Origin: a phage
Direction: 5' to 3' (one strand)
Sequence record: PZ386974.1
DNA length: 64,000 bases
Positions 29,515 to 38,449 of this stretch are shown here, in pieces (within the stretch, counting starts at the first letter, position 1; every line of letters starts with the position of its first letter). Made by a program: the position numbers and the translations under genes. The notes under the pieces are model-generated. The model made no database searches. It saw nothing but the letters and a program-made list of their open reading frames with translations, and was not told the DNA's origin.

Positions 29515-30504
29515 TTATTTATAGTAAGAATTATGATTTTCGAGATAGACTTGCTCAAGGAAATCATCCCAGAAACTCATATCTACTTTTTGTTGCATAC
29601 CGTTCTTAGCGGCTTGTTCTGATGCTTGTTCAACTTGGTCAACGATATCTTCTAGGAATTCTTGTACAGTTTTAAACGTATGTTTACCAAGCTTAACATC
29701 GAGAATAAATGGAGCATCCTGAAGCGGGTAAACCAGGTCACCGGTTTTGTAAATTTCCAATAATTGAAGTCCACCACGACATGCATGACTCAATGCTTTC
29801 CAGTCAATACCTTCGTTGGCTTCCGCCTTACGAGCACGTTCACCATAGTTCTCTTCCAGTTTAACCAGGATGGCATTGAACTCTTTATTGGTTAACGTGT
29901 CTTGGAATTTACGGTCCAACAGATTATAGAATGTTTGCTTACCTGTTTTCTCGTTTTCGGTTTCAACCCACGAAGCAAATTCACCTACAGGCAGAACATT
30001 CTTCATATGTGATAAACGAATTACTGCACCATTATCAAAGTATTGTCCCCATTCATTAGAACGTTTAAGGGCTTGTCGAAGAACAGCCAGTCGAGAACCC
30101 TTGACACCGTATTTAGAAGCTTGCTTACGGACATACCCTAAATAAGATTTCATGTTAGTGGTATAGAAACGAGACCTGTTATCTTGAATATACTTCCATA
30201 CATCAGGCAAATCAGATTTAACTACTAGACTTTGTGGAGTGTGAAGCATATCTAATGCGACGGTTTCACCATCTGCAGCTAGTTTAAAGAAATATTTGAG
30301 ACTATATAACTCATGGTCCACGTCGTCTTTTGTGTTCTTAGAAGATGTGTTATTCGTGTTCTTGCTCATATGTTCTTTAACGTTACCGGTCAAGATATCA
30401 CGAGCATGAGGGACATAAATTTCTTTAAAATCAACGTCAGATTCTGGGGTAGACGTTCCATAAAGGTGGCTACCAAAGTAGCCTTTCATAATTGTTTTCA
30501 TCAT
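29515..30504 (-). CDS. Pol-beta-superfamily nucleotidyltransferase-domain protein (329 aa)
   Basis: N-terminal GS-x9-SDVD motif (YFGSHLYGTSTPESDVDFKEIYV). Confidence 0.55.
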   Translation of the reverse strand: MMKTIMKGYFGSHLYGTSTPESDVDFKEIYVPHARDILTGNVKEHMSKNTNNTSSKNTKDDVDHELYSLKYFFKLAADGETVALDMLHTPQSLVVKSDLPDVWKYIQDNRSRFYTTNMKSYLGYVRKQASKYGVKGSRLAVLRQALKRSNEWGQYFDNGAVIRLSHMKNVLPVGEFASWVETENEKTGKQTFYNLLDRKFQDTLTNKEFNAILVKLEENYGERARKAEANEGIDWKALSHACRGGLQLLEIYKTGDLVYPLQDAPFILDVKLGKHTFKTVQEFLEDIVDQVEQASEQAAKNGMQQKVDMSFWDDFLEQVYLENHNSYYK

Positions 30505-30974
30505 TTAGCCTTATATTCAAGAGTAGGACAGACTTTTTCTTTACGAGCTTTAAGGTATTCACCTATTAATGATTTCTTACGTTCAATAGGCGCAAGTCCA
30601 TTTTTAATTCGTTCTTGGTTTTGTGCAATGAGCTCAATTTCTTTATAATATTTTCTGTCGTTATATTTGTCTAACAACCAAGACGGACCAATTACCGCCC
30701 CGACAGCAATAAGAACCATTACTGATATTGTTAAAATGCCTATACCAATTGAAGCAGGAACTAATGTCCATAAACTACTAAAGACAAAGAATTTAGTTAA
30801 AATTTCTTGGCCAATGATTGCGGCACCTGCTAAAGTTGCAAATCCAACAATTGAAACAGCCAATACCGGAATAAACGTTTTCCAAAAATAAGCACATAAT
30901 GTTTTCGGACGATTCCATGTACTATTGAACGTGGCATAAATTTTAAAGTGCCAAGAGTTTTCATTGATAATCAT
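30501..30974 (-). CDS. membrane protein (157 aa)
   Basis: At least two predicted TM helices. Confidence 0.5.
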   Translation of the reverse strand: MIINENSWHFKIYATFNSTWNRPKTLCAYFWKTFIPVLAVSIVGFATLAGAAIIGQEILTKFFVFSSLWTLVPASIGIGILTISVMVLIAVGAVIGPSWLLDKYNDRKYYKEIELIAQNQERIKNGLAPIERKKSLIGEYLKARKEKVCPTLEYKAK

Positions 30975-30983
30975 AATAATTCC

Positions 30984-31514
30984 TTATTTCAAAGTCGGGA
31001 TAATAGAATCGAGATAAGCTTTAAGAGCAACTGCTTCATCTTTGTCTAATGTAATGATATGTTGACGAAGGTCGTCAATTTGACGAATAACTACAACATC
31101 ACCGTCTTCATAAGAAGGATTAACGCTCAGGACTGTTGTATAGTCAGGGTTGTCCTGATTTGTAATAAAAGCATTACGACATTTAGCCCATTGAAGTTTG
31201 GCCTTTTTGGCTGTTTCAGATTCCATGAATTCTTTCACTTTAGCGACGAATGTTTTCCAATTATTAATAGAAAAACATTCGTCTTCTGTTTCGATATTAA
31301 CCCCACTATAAAGTCCGTGATAAAAACGAACTTGAAGGTCTTCATCAATGTTAATTACAGATGCATGGCCTGGTGGATTGAGTTTCAAAATCTTGTCCAG
31401 TTCCATAGGAAGAATAGTAACAGCATCATCTTCTTGCGTCAGAACGTAAGCATAACCGCGTTTTTCAATACATAAATCACCAAACAATTCAGTTGTTTCA
31501 ATTACAGTTTTCAT
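30984..31514 (-). CDS. hypothetical protein (176 aa)
   Basis: Start placed at ATG 31514; the ORF-track start at 31526 is a TTG. Confidence 0.55.
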   Translation of the reverse strand: MKTVIETTELFGDLCIEKRGYAYVLTQEDDAVTILPMELDKILKLNPPGHASVINIDEDLQVRFYHGLYSGVNIETEDECFSINNWKTFVAKVKEFMESETAKKAKLQWAKCRNAFITNQDNPDYTTVLSVNPSYEDGDVVVIRQIDDLRQHIITLDKDEAVALKAYLDSIIPTLK

Positions 31515-31515
31515 A

Positions 31516-31695
31516 TTATTCACCAATTAAAGTTTCAACAAAATTCACCAAAGCATTCTGGCAAGCGTCAACCTGATTTTCATAAAAGTCTCCGTTATCA
31601 TTTACCGCATGATAAGCTACATCATTCAAATCTGAATCGGCTTCACGTAAGTCATGGATAAGGTCCATCAATTTATTAGCTTGTTCACGGGTCAT
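31516..31695 (-). CDS. hypothetical small protein (59 aa)
   Basis: ATG ORF just under the track threshold, with stop/start overlap to the downstream gene. Confidence 0.3.
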   Translation of the reverse strand: MTREQANKLMDLIHDLREADSDLNDVAYHAVNDNGDFYENQVDACQNALVNFVETLIGE

Positions 31696-31822
31696 TTTAC
31701 CATACTCGTTTCAATAAGATTCACTATGCCGTTTACCATGTTATAAGTAAACATCGGATAATTGTATTGTACTACAACATAAGCGATAAGCAAAAGTTTC
31801 ATTTTGTTCTCCGTTCGTTTTG

Positions 31823-31860
31823 ATAGGACTACTATAACATAGTCCTATCAAGTTGTAAAC
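31823..31860 (-). promoter_or_regulatory. early-type promoter GTTTAC-N18-TATAGT with 7-bp inverted repeat ATAGGAC/GTCCTAT flanking -10
   Basis: Same architecture as 50036..50075, 43471..43508 and 42187..42223. Confidence 0.5.
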
Positions 31861-32096
31861 TACCGATTGTGTTTTAAATGTTGATAAAGTTCTTCAACTT
31901 GTTTAGGGTCCAAAACAATTAAGTCATTTTCTTGACGAAGATAAATCCATCCCTTATCCCCAGGGCCATTTTTACAAAACATCACCGTCGTCATATCGTC
32001 ATCTTCAGCGCTTTCAGGTAAAAGTTCAAGTACACCATCTTCAGATTTTCCAGTATAATCGTAAAGCATAATATCCTCACATAATCTCGTTAACAT
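31860..32096 (-). CDS. hypothetical protein (78 aa)
   Basis: ORF. Confidence 0.45.
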   Translation of the reverse strand: MLTRLCEDIMLYDYTGKSEDGVLELLPESAEDDDMTTVMFCKNGPGDKGWIYLRQENDLIVLDPKQVEELYQHLKHNR

Positions 32097-32256
32097 ACAT
32101 TTGCAATTCGGTGTGCGTATCAGCCATCTTTTTCATAGCTCTGTTAATGTCGATGTCTCCATCTTCGCAACCATGAGCATTTTCCCAATCAGATACCGCA
32201 TTAGCGTACTCTTCAATCAAAAACATCAACTTAGAAATTTTTTCTTTACGTGACAT
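32077..32256 (-). CDS. hypothetical protein (59 aa)
   Basis: Start moved to ATG 32256 (GAGGAG SD) because a promoter element and a terminator lie inside the longer ORF-track model. Confidence 0.4.
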   Translation of the reverse strand: MSRKEKISKLMFLIEEYANAVSDWENAHGCEDGDIDINRAMKKMADTHTELQMYVNEIM

Positions 32257-32283
32257 AACGTTCTCCTCTAGTAAGTAAGGTCT

Positions 32284-32312
32284 ACTATAACACAACCTGA
32301 GGAAAAGTAAAC
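32284..32312 (-). promoter_or_regulatory. early-type promoter GTTTAC-N17-TATAGT
   Basis: Hexamers on minus strand between the rI terminator and the next gene. Confidence 0.45.
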
Positions 32313-32323
32313 TGCTAAATGCC

Positions 32324-32350
32324 AAAAAGCCCCAACCTTTCGGAAGGGGC
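32324..32350 (-). terminator. intrinsic terminator downstream of rI (GCCCC stem, U-run)
   Basis: Motif AAAAAGCCCCAACCTTTCGGAAGGGGC on plus strand; near-identical copies at 47169..47195 and 47711..47740. Confidence 0.6.
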
Positions 32351-32357
32351 TATTAAA

Positions 32358-32660
32358 TTAGATAGATGTAGGCTCTAATTTTATTTTCATGAACTCAGCA
32401 AATTGTCTGGCGGTTTTTATGCCTTGTTCATGACATTCAAATGCATCATCACAGGGACTATTTTTGTAATGCTTTGCCATATACTTATAGAATTTTTCAG
32501 AATTCTCGACATTTTGAATTTCAAACAAAGTATATACGTTTTTAATCCCTGATTCCATAAAGTTATCAAAATATGGGTCGATATGTGCAGTACCAACGAT
32601 AGGAGTTGTTGCTGCAAAAAACCCCAGCATCGCTATGACAGCTATCGCTCTTAAGGCCAT
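32358..32660 (-). CDS. rI: lysis-inhibition regulator RI (periplasmic antiholin)
   Basis: 100 aa; hydrophobic N-terminus and DPYFDNFMESGIKNVYTLFE resemble T4 RI; located next to tk as in T4. Confidence 0.75.
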   Translation of the reverse strand: MALRAIAVIAMLGFFAATTPIVGTAHIDPYFDNFMESGIKNVYTLFEIQNVENSEKFYKYMAKHYKNSPCDDAFECHEQGIKTARQFAEFMKIKLEPTSI

Positions 32661-32672
32661 ATAGGCCTCCTG

Positions 32673-32885
32673 TTAATTTTGGCCAGTATTTATTTTTCGC
32701 CTTTGGACGGCCTTAACATCTGTGAGGTATTTTTCCAGCTTGCGCTTGCGTGTATAATCAGCTTTAGAACCAGTTTGACGGATATCCTCATTTAAATGAG
32801 AAATAGAATGTCCTAATTCTCTTCGGATTTCATCCAATTGGGTTACAGTAAGATTACGAAGTTGTCTTTCGTTTAATTGCTGCAT
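32673..32885 (-). CDS. hypothetical protein (70 aa)
   Basis: ORF between tk and rI. Confidence 0.5.
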   Translation of the reverse strand: MQQLNERQLRNLTVTQLDEIRRELGHSISHLNEDIRQTGSKADYTRKRKLEKYLTDVKAVQRRKINTGQN

Positions 32886-32912
32886 ATATACCTCTTGGTT
32901 AGATATTAGTAT

Positions 32913-33494
32913 TTATAACAACCCTGTCAAATCATTCCAATGCTTCCGGCATAATGACACGTATCTATCAGTATCACCAATTTCAATTTGACTGCCATCT
33001 GTAATTGGAAGTCCGTCTTCCGTGACTCTAGCTACCATTGTGGCCTTTTTACCACAATGACAGACACCTTTAAGTTCAACAAGCTTATCGGCAATAGCCA
33101 TTAATGCTTGAGAACCTTCAAATAGATTACCTTTAAAATCTGTTCGTAGTCCATATGCCATTACTGGCACATTGTATACGTCAACAATACGACTAAGTTG
33201 ATACACCTTTTCAGTAGTTAAGAACTGAGCTTCGTCAACAAATACACAATGAATATCCTTTTGTGCTGCAGCCCATTTATAGAATTCAAAGATGTCCATG
33301 TCTTTTGTAATTATATTGGCATCCTGACGAATACCAATACGAGAGACTATTTCACCTTTTGAATCACGAGTATCAATAGCCGGTTTAAGAACTAATACAC
33401 CCATGCCACGTTCTTTATAGTTATGTGCAGCAGTAAGTAATGAAGCAGACTTACCGGCATTCATAGCGGCATATGTAAAAATTAAACTAGCCAT
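32913..33494 (-). CDS. tk: thymidine kinase
   Basis: MASLIFTYAAMNAGKSASLL P-loop and C-terminal CHCGKKA...CRKHW Zn motif. Confidence 0.9.
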   Translation of the reverse strand: MASLIFTYAAMNAGKSASLLTAAHNYKERGMGVLVLKPAIDTRDSKGEIVSRIGIRQDANIITKDMDIFEFYKWAAAQKDIHCVFVDEAQFLTTEKVYQLSRIVDVYNVPVMAYGLRTDFKGNLFEGSQALMAIADKLVELKGVCHCGKKATMVARVTEDGLPITDGSQIEIGDTDRYVSLCRKHWNDLTGLL

Positions 33495-33503
33495 AAGAGT
33501 CCC

Positions 33504-33686
33504 TTATAGTGAATTCACGTAGTCAATGAGTTCTTGTTCTTTCCTGTCAAATGATTCCATCAATGCGTGATATTCTTCGTCCGTCAAAGGAGCATATTCA
33601 TCGTACGCATTGGTGGCTGCTTGTTCATCCAATAGGTCATGGATAAGTTCAAACAGTTTAGTTTTCTCTTCTTTAGACAATTTCAT
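33504..33686 (-). CDS. hypothetical acidic protein (60 aa)
   Basis: ORF. Confidence 0.45.
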   Translation of the reverse strand: MKLSKEEKTKLFELIHDLLDEQAATNAYDEYAPLTDEEYHALMESFDRKEQELIDYVNSL

Positions 33687-34177
33687 TTAGGTTCCCAATC
33701 AACAATCACAATTTCTAGTTTAGTGGAATACGTATCCAAAATCTCTTCGATGACATCCCAGTTTCCACCACCAATACCTGCACCAATTCTTGGCATATAA
33801 ATTACAGGCTTTGTTATCTTATTCTTTCCGAATTCATTTAATTCTATTATACAATTCATTAAAGCAGAGTACTCAAAATTAGGTCCCGGCTCAAACTGTG
33901 TATAAAGATTAAAGCAATAAGCTTTATGGGTCTTAAAATATTTTTCATAAACCGAATAAGTCCCGAGTTTAGACTCGTCTCCGAATTCGGTTTGAAGTTT
34001 ATCGGCTTCCAGAATTTTTGGATAAGCCTTTGCTAATTGTCCTGCCACACCCGCGCCCATTGTATGAAAACAATTACACCCATGAGCAATATTATTACCT
34101 TTAGAAAACAGGGCGACAATATCGCCCTTGATATAGTTTTTAATCACTTGCTGCAAGTCCTCTATTATAAGAGTCAA
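33683..34177 (-). CDS. possible macro-domain-like protein (164 aa)
   Basis: NNIAHGCNCFHTMGAGVAGQLAKAYP loosely resembles the macro-domain Gly-rich loop; tentative. Confidence 0.4.
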   Translation of the reverse strand: MTLIIEDLQQVIKNYIKGDIVALFSKGNNIAHGCNCFHTMGAGVAGQLAKAYPKILEADKLQTEFGDESKLGTYSVYEKYFKTHKAYCFNLYTQFEPGPNFEYSALMNCIIELNEFGKNKITKPVIYMPRIGAGIGGGNWDVIEEILDTYSTKLEIVIVDWEPK

Positions 34178-34487
34178 CTAGACGGTCCACCATAGAATTG
34201 CATGCTGCCTTATCTTTAGGTTCCGCCACCGAGCATTCTAATATTTGCCATTTTTTATAGTATCTTTTAATTAAGGTAGACGCCTTGAACCTACTAGACG
34301 CCCCATCTTTTTCTCCGTCTTTATACGCATATAACAATTTTTGTGAAAAATCTACTTTACACTCTTGACTTTTACCACAATAATCAGACGCCGTTCTATT
34401 TGTATACTCCGTTACATCAGTATATGTAGTATTAGCAAGAGCGTTAAATGAAACCAAGCCAACTATTAAAGCCAACATTTTGGTCAT
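34140..34487 (-). CDS. secreted protein (115 aa)
   Basis: Signal-peptide-like N-terminus. Confidence 0.45.
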   Translation of the reverse strand: MTKMLALIVGLVSFNALANTTYTDVTEYTNRTASDYCGKSQECKVDFSQKLLYAYKDGEKDGASSRFKASTLIKRYYKKWQILECSVAEPKDKAACNSMVDRLVDSYNRGLAASD

Positions 34488-35026
34488 TCTTTTATTTCCA
34501 GTAGTTTATTTGATTTAAGGTAATTAGCCTTTTCTAGGACTTCAGAAGCATATTTATTTCCAGCACTTGTCTTCCATCCCGCATTATATGAGGATATAGC
34601 TTTTCTTATATCCCCGTTATGTATATTTAACCAATAAGAAAATTCGATATAAGCCCATCTGGCTGAATTAGACCGCTTAGATAGCATTTTCTTAATTTGG
34701 GCATCAGTCATATTATAACCAAGCTGGTTAATTCGTGCCCTCATTGTTGGTAGATAATTTTGGAACATTCCATACGCATGGTGACCTTTCTTATCTTTAA
34801 GATTAATACCAGCAGATGATTCCTGCCATAGTATTGCGGCCATTATGTATCCAAGTCCTTTCTTATGCATATTTTCATGCGTTTTAAATTTTCCATCCTT
34901 AGAAAACTGTTCCCCAAACTGATAAGCATAATTCAAGTTATCGAGTTGGACATTACTAAAAGTATGCTCGGAGCTATGTGCTGATAACGAAAGAGCAAAT
35001 AGACCAGCGAGTAGTGCTTTTCTCAT
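34484..35026 (-). CDS. secreted lytic-transglycosylase-like protein (180 aa)
   Basis: Signal peptide plus WQESS..GMFQ motif reminiscent of SLT domains. Confidence 0.5.
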   Translation of the reverse strand: MRKALLAGLFALSLSAHSSEHTFSNVQLDNLNYAYQFGEQFSKDGKFKTHENMHKKGLGYIMAAILWQESSAGINLKDKKGHHAYGMFQNYLPTMRARINQLGYNMTDAQIKKMLSKRSNSARWAYIEFSYWLNIHNGDIRKAISSYNAGWKTSAGNKYASEVLEKANYLKSNKLLEIKE

Positions 35027-35034
35027 GTTTACCT

Positions 35035-35493
35035 CTAGATTTTAATCACTGCTTTAGAAGCTTTTCCTGGTAGTCGTTTACTGTTAATAATAGCCATTCT
35101 ACATTGAAGAGTCTTCATTTTGAATGCCGGATTTTCGCGACAAACTGTAAGTCCTAACCAAAGATTTCCATCAGTTATTTCTAAACGGCCTGGGCGGTAC
35201 TCGACACCTTCGACAAAATCTTCATCAACATCCGGACGTGCCGGCATTGATAAAAATTCTGCAACTTCTTTAACGTGATTTTTTACTTTATGAAATAATT
35301 CAAAAACGTAATTCTCATCTATTTCTCTCTGGATGGCACGATCTAAGAGATGTTGAGAATACTTGATATGAAAGCCTGGTAGTCCAAGAGACTTTGCAGC
35401 ATCTTTTATACCGGCATTTATTTTGCGGAACTCCGTTTCAAAGATTCGACGGAGTTTATTACGGCGGATAAAAACTTCCGAATTGATAGTCAT
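35035..35493 (-). CDS. regB: endoribonuclease RegB
   Basis: MTINSEVFIRRNKLRR...YSQHLLDRAIQREIDE matches T4 RegB; start set at MTIN (35493). Confidence 0.85.
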   Translation of the reverse strand: MTINSEVFIRRNKLRRIFETEFRKINAGIKDAAKSLGLPGFHIKYSQHLLDRAIQREIDENYVFELFHKVKNHVKEVAEFLSMPARPDVDEDFVEGVEYRPGRLEITDGNLWLGLTVCRENPAFKMKTLQCRMAIINSKRLPGKASKAVIKI

Positions 35494-35503
35494 TTTGATT
35501 TCT

Positions 35504-35550
35504 CCTCTAGTTGACAAGTCTATAGTAACACAACTAGAGGAGAAGTAAAC
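35504..35550 (-). promoter_or_regulatory. early-type promoter (GTTTAC-N17-TACTAT) embedded in inverted repeat CCTCTAGT/ACTAGAGG that contains the regB Shine-Dalgarno
   Basis: Hexamers and 8-bp arms read directly; the 3' arm on the minus strand includes the GAGGAG SD. Confidence 0.5.
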
Positions 35551-35849
35551 TACTCTTTGAAAGGAATTAACTTTTTAACTGCTTTAGATACTTCGTCACG
35601 AACCTGATGGAAGTTCTTGAGCTGTTCAAGGCGTTGTTCGTAATACGCAATCTCATCTTCTTCAAGACAATCGTCAGCGTCTTCTTTCAGATATGCCTTG
35701 TACTCATTAAAGAGGGCCCATAGGCGGTTCTCAAAGTCATCAAGGCTTTGAATTTTCTTGTGCTTCGGAACAAGGCCAAAAGGATTGCTTTCAGTTATGC
35801 GTCTAGATGCTTCATAATGAGTTCCAAAGCCTGATAGGATTTGAGCCAT
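35550..35849 (-). CDS. hypothetical protein (99 aa)
   Basis: ORF. Confidence 0.5.
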   Translation of the reverse strand: MAQILSGFGTHYEASRRITESNPFGLVPKHKKIQSLDDFENRLWALFNEYKAYLKEDADDCLEEDEIAYYEQRLEQLKNFHQVRDEVSKAVKKLIPFKE

Positions 35850-36130
35850 TAGTATTTTTCCTCAGGTCGAAATACCGCACGACATGCCCACATGCTGGCT
35901 TCTTTTAGATGTTGCTTAGCATACTTAAGAGCCTGCACTGCATCCATATCTTCTTTGGTTTGTTGCTCTGTTTCATTTTCTTTCAAGATATATGCTTCTT
36001 CAATCAGAGCATCAAACAACAATCCAAGACGGACTTCTGCATCTTTAATAGCGTTCACTTTACCGATTTTATCATCGGTATGCGGCTTGTAGCCTTTGAT
36101 GTCTTCAATCGACATAAGGAATTTCCTCAT
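35849..36130 (-). CDS. hypothetical protein (start uncertain)
   Basis: ORF-track model (to 36283) overlaps the upstream gene; internal Met starts are more plausible. Confidence 0.4.
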   Translation of the reverse strand: MRKFLMSIEDIKGYKPHTDDKIGKVNAIKDAEVRLGLLFDALIEEAYILKENETEQQTKEDMDAVQALKYAKQHLKEASMWACRAVFRPEEKY

Positions 36131-36329
36131 CGGTGGCAAGGTCATATTCGACCAATTGGATAGGCTCATTAATACCATATCCACGTACAGTGATATCAGT
36201 TGTCGGATAGTTTCCAGTAATATCACCCATTCTAAATGCTTCAGTGAATGATTGCTCGCCTGAGCAACTAAACCAGGCGGCAAAACATTTTAAAACATCT
36301 TCAGACCCTTCTATAATCAATTTAGCCAT
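36105..36329 (-). CDS. hypothetical protein (74 aa)
   Basis: ORF. Confidence 0.45.
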   Translation of the reverse strand: MAKLIIEGSEDVLKCFAAWFSCSGEQSFTEAFRMGDITGNYPTTDITVRGYGINEPIQLVEYDLATDEEIPYVD

Positions 36330-36691
36330 TATAGACTCTCAGTAAAGGTGCGAGCGATAACGTCACGCTGCTGTTCCGGAGTCAGAGAGTTAAAGCGAAC
36401 TGCATAACCGGATACACGGATGGTCAACTGCGGATATTTTTCTGGATGCTTAACTGCATCTTCCAGAGTTTCACGACGCAGAACATTAACGTTCAGGTGT
36501 TGACCACCTTCAATTTTAACTTTAGGTTGTTGTTCAATTTCAATTTCACGGGCATTCAAACCGTAGAAAATTTCCGGGTCTACAATAGCGTCTTCTTTAA
36601 AAGTCTTAGAGACAATAATCCTGGCTTGAGTACCGTCTTCAAAATAAATAGTGCCTTTGTGTGTGCCTTCAAGAATTTGATATGCTTTCAT
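36329..36691 (-). CDS. autonomous glycyl-radical cofactor (GrcA/YfiD-like; T4 Y06I-type)
   Basis: C-terminal ~65 aa [59 protein letters not shown] carries the RVSGY glycyl-radical motif and matches my recollection of E. coli GrcA; the N-terminal 55 aa are unrelated. Confidence 0.85.
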   Translation of the reverse strand: MKAYQILEGTHKGTIYFEDGTQARIIVSKTFKEDAIVDPEIFYGLNAREIEIEQQPKVKIEGGQHLNVNVLRRETLEDAVKHPEKYPQLTIRVSGYAVRFNSLTPEQQRDVIARTFTESL

Positions 36692-36697
36692 ATAACC

Positions 36698-37006
36698 TCA
36701 ATTAGAAAATAAATTTATCCAAGTTTTTTCTTTAATCAAAAATGGGTCGGAATTAAACGCCATTAAACTTTGAGTGATTAATCCCTTAAATGGCCCATCA
36801 ATAAATTCCATTTTGAAATGTGGAATACTAGTCATTAACCGTGCATTAGGAGCAGTACAAAAAACCTGCTGCCCTGCGAACGGACCTTTAGTCAAACGGT
36901 ATCGTTTAGGTTTAAAATGGTAAATCTCGTAATTTTCTACAAGGGCCCTTTTATTGCATACTGGGCTGTTATAACAATGCTCAAAAACTTCAATAGTGGT
37001 CATCAT
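36698..37006 (-). CDS. hypothetical protein (start likely internal, ~102 aa)
   Basis: ORF; the track start overlaps the upstream gene by 67 nt. Confidence 0.45.
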   Translation of the reverse strand: MMTTIEVFEHCYNSPVCNKRALVENYEIYHFKPKRYRLTKGPFAGQQVFCTAPNARLMTSIPHFKMEFIDGPFKGLITQSLMAFNSDPFLIKEKTWINLFSN

Positions 37007-37542
37007 TGCATTCCAATCACAAAAAATTGAGGACGAGCAATACCACCGATGCAATATTTGCTTTTGCAACAGTGTTGGACTGTTTTAATATGGATGTCGT
37101 AAATCTTATCCATATCAGGAGCTTTAATAGGCTCGTCAATTATGTACAGAATACGAGAAAGCGTTAATCCACGGAATTTATGTCCTTCATTACCAATAAA
37201 ACTACGGACAGAATCAGTAAATAAACGGAATCGAATATCATCGCTAGAATATCGAGAAAATTCTTTTTCAATGTTGCCGGCAGAAATTTTAGCGTAAGCT
37301 GAAGTATTAGAAAGAACAATAACTGTTCCGCCATCATACAACCAATTAGCAGCAAAATTAGTCACAGCAATTGATTTACCGGATTGTCTGCCGCCGTCTA
37401 AACGAAGTGTACAGTACTGCTTGAGTACGTCTTCAAATGGTGGGGCATAACCGTTCTTACAAATTTCTTCTACTCTAGCATCAGAATGGTGTGTAAAAGC
37501 ATTCATCAGGGATAGATAAGGTCCGGTTAAAAATGTTCTCAT
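37003..37542 (-). CDS. P-loop-containing protein (179 aa)
   Basis: GGRQSGKS Walker-A-like motif. Confidence 0.5.
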   Translation of the reverse strand: MRTFLTGPYLSLMNAFTHHSDARVEEICKNGYAPPFEDVLKQYCTLRLDGGRQSGKSIAVTNFAANWLYDGGTVIVLSNTSAYAKISAGNIEKEFSRYSSDDIRFRLFTDSVRSFIGNEGHKFRGLTLSRILYIIDEPIKAPDMDKIYDIHIKTVQHCCKSKYCIGGIARPQFFVIGMQ

Positions 37543-37715
37543 TTAGTTTCTCTTAAGGTTGGGGCCGTTCCGTGGCACATGTTAGGTCCTTCGACTCGCT
37601 ATGTAAACCCATTACCGCACTTGGGCTCGACCTTATTACAGGTTGGAAAAGGTACATCACTCAGAGGACTCGACGTTCATGAGGAGAGGTTGCGTTTCCC
37701 TTTATTAGGCAAGAA

Positions 37716-38045
37716 TTATACTCTAGGCTTTTGAGCTTGTTTGGTATTGGATTCCCATGCAGCTTTGGTAATTTTGTTAGCGGCATAACCAAAGGCATTA
37801 GATAGAACACCTTTAGAGTTGAATACATCCAATCCAATAAGTACACCGGCTGTGTTAAATTTAGGAGCAAAGTACGCATTAGTTTTAGAAAGAGCTTTTT
37901 TCAATTCAGGGTCTTGAACCAAACCATCAAAAACGCCTTTACTATTTACTTTATATGTTACTTTGGGATTTTTACCTTCTTCGATAGCAGCTTTCTGTTC
38001 CGCAGATAATGTAACTTCAGTGATAAACTCTTGATACGTTTTCAT
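37716..38045 (-). CDS. internal protein (IP) candidate with capsid-targeting sequence
   Basis: N-terminus MKTYQEFITE matches the T4 IP capsid-targeting consensus MKTYQEFIAE. Confidence 0.65.
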   Translation of the reverse strand: MKTYQEFITEVTLSAEQKAAIEEGKNPKVTYKVNSKGVFDGLVQDPELKKALSKTNAYFAPKFNTAGVLIGLDVFNSKGVLSNAFGYAANKITKAAWESNTKQAQKPRV

Positions 38046-38070
38046 TTTGTTCCTATTGTTTTAATTTATG

Positions 38071-38385
38071 TTATTCTTTAGGGAAGTTTTTAGAGTATGC
38101 ATCATAAAGTTTATTACCGATGCGACGGAAGACTTTAGCTGCAAAACGGTTTTCAGGGTTTTTAATCATGATTTGCATCATGTAAGTTCCTGCATCCGAA
38201 AGAGCTTCTTCATAGTACCCATTAATTTCTTTAAGGGTCCTACGTTTACCACCAGGACCATCAACAGTAATTTTCCATTTACCTGTAGAAGTGCGGCTCG
38301 GTGGCTCAACTTGTTCAATCCAAATATAACCACCTTCAACGCGTTGGTTGGCGGATTCTGCAATAAATTCTTTATACGTTTTCAT
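38071..38385 (-). CDS. internal protein (IP) candidate with capsid-targeting sequence
   Basis: N-terminus MKTYKEFIAE. Confidence 0.65.
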   Translation of the reverse strand: MKTYKEFIAESANQRVEGGYIWIEQVEPPSRTSTGKWKITVDGPGGKRRTLKEINGYYEEALSDAGTYMMQIMIKNPENRFAAKVFRRIGNKLYDAYSKNFPKE

Positions 38386-38449
38386 TTTTTGTTTCCTTGT
38401 TTGTTTTGATAGAGTAATTATACCATATTAATACTTAAGCGTAAACAAT

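Noticed and set aside
37661-37879. 72-aa minus-strand ORF overlapping the IP gene and the GC-rich intergenic island
   Set aside because: Overlaps the IP-like gene in another frame; product is Leu-rich and implausible.
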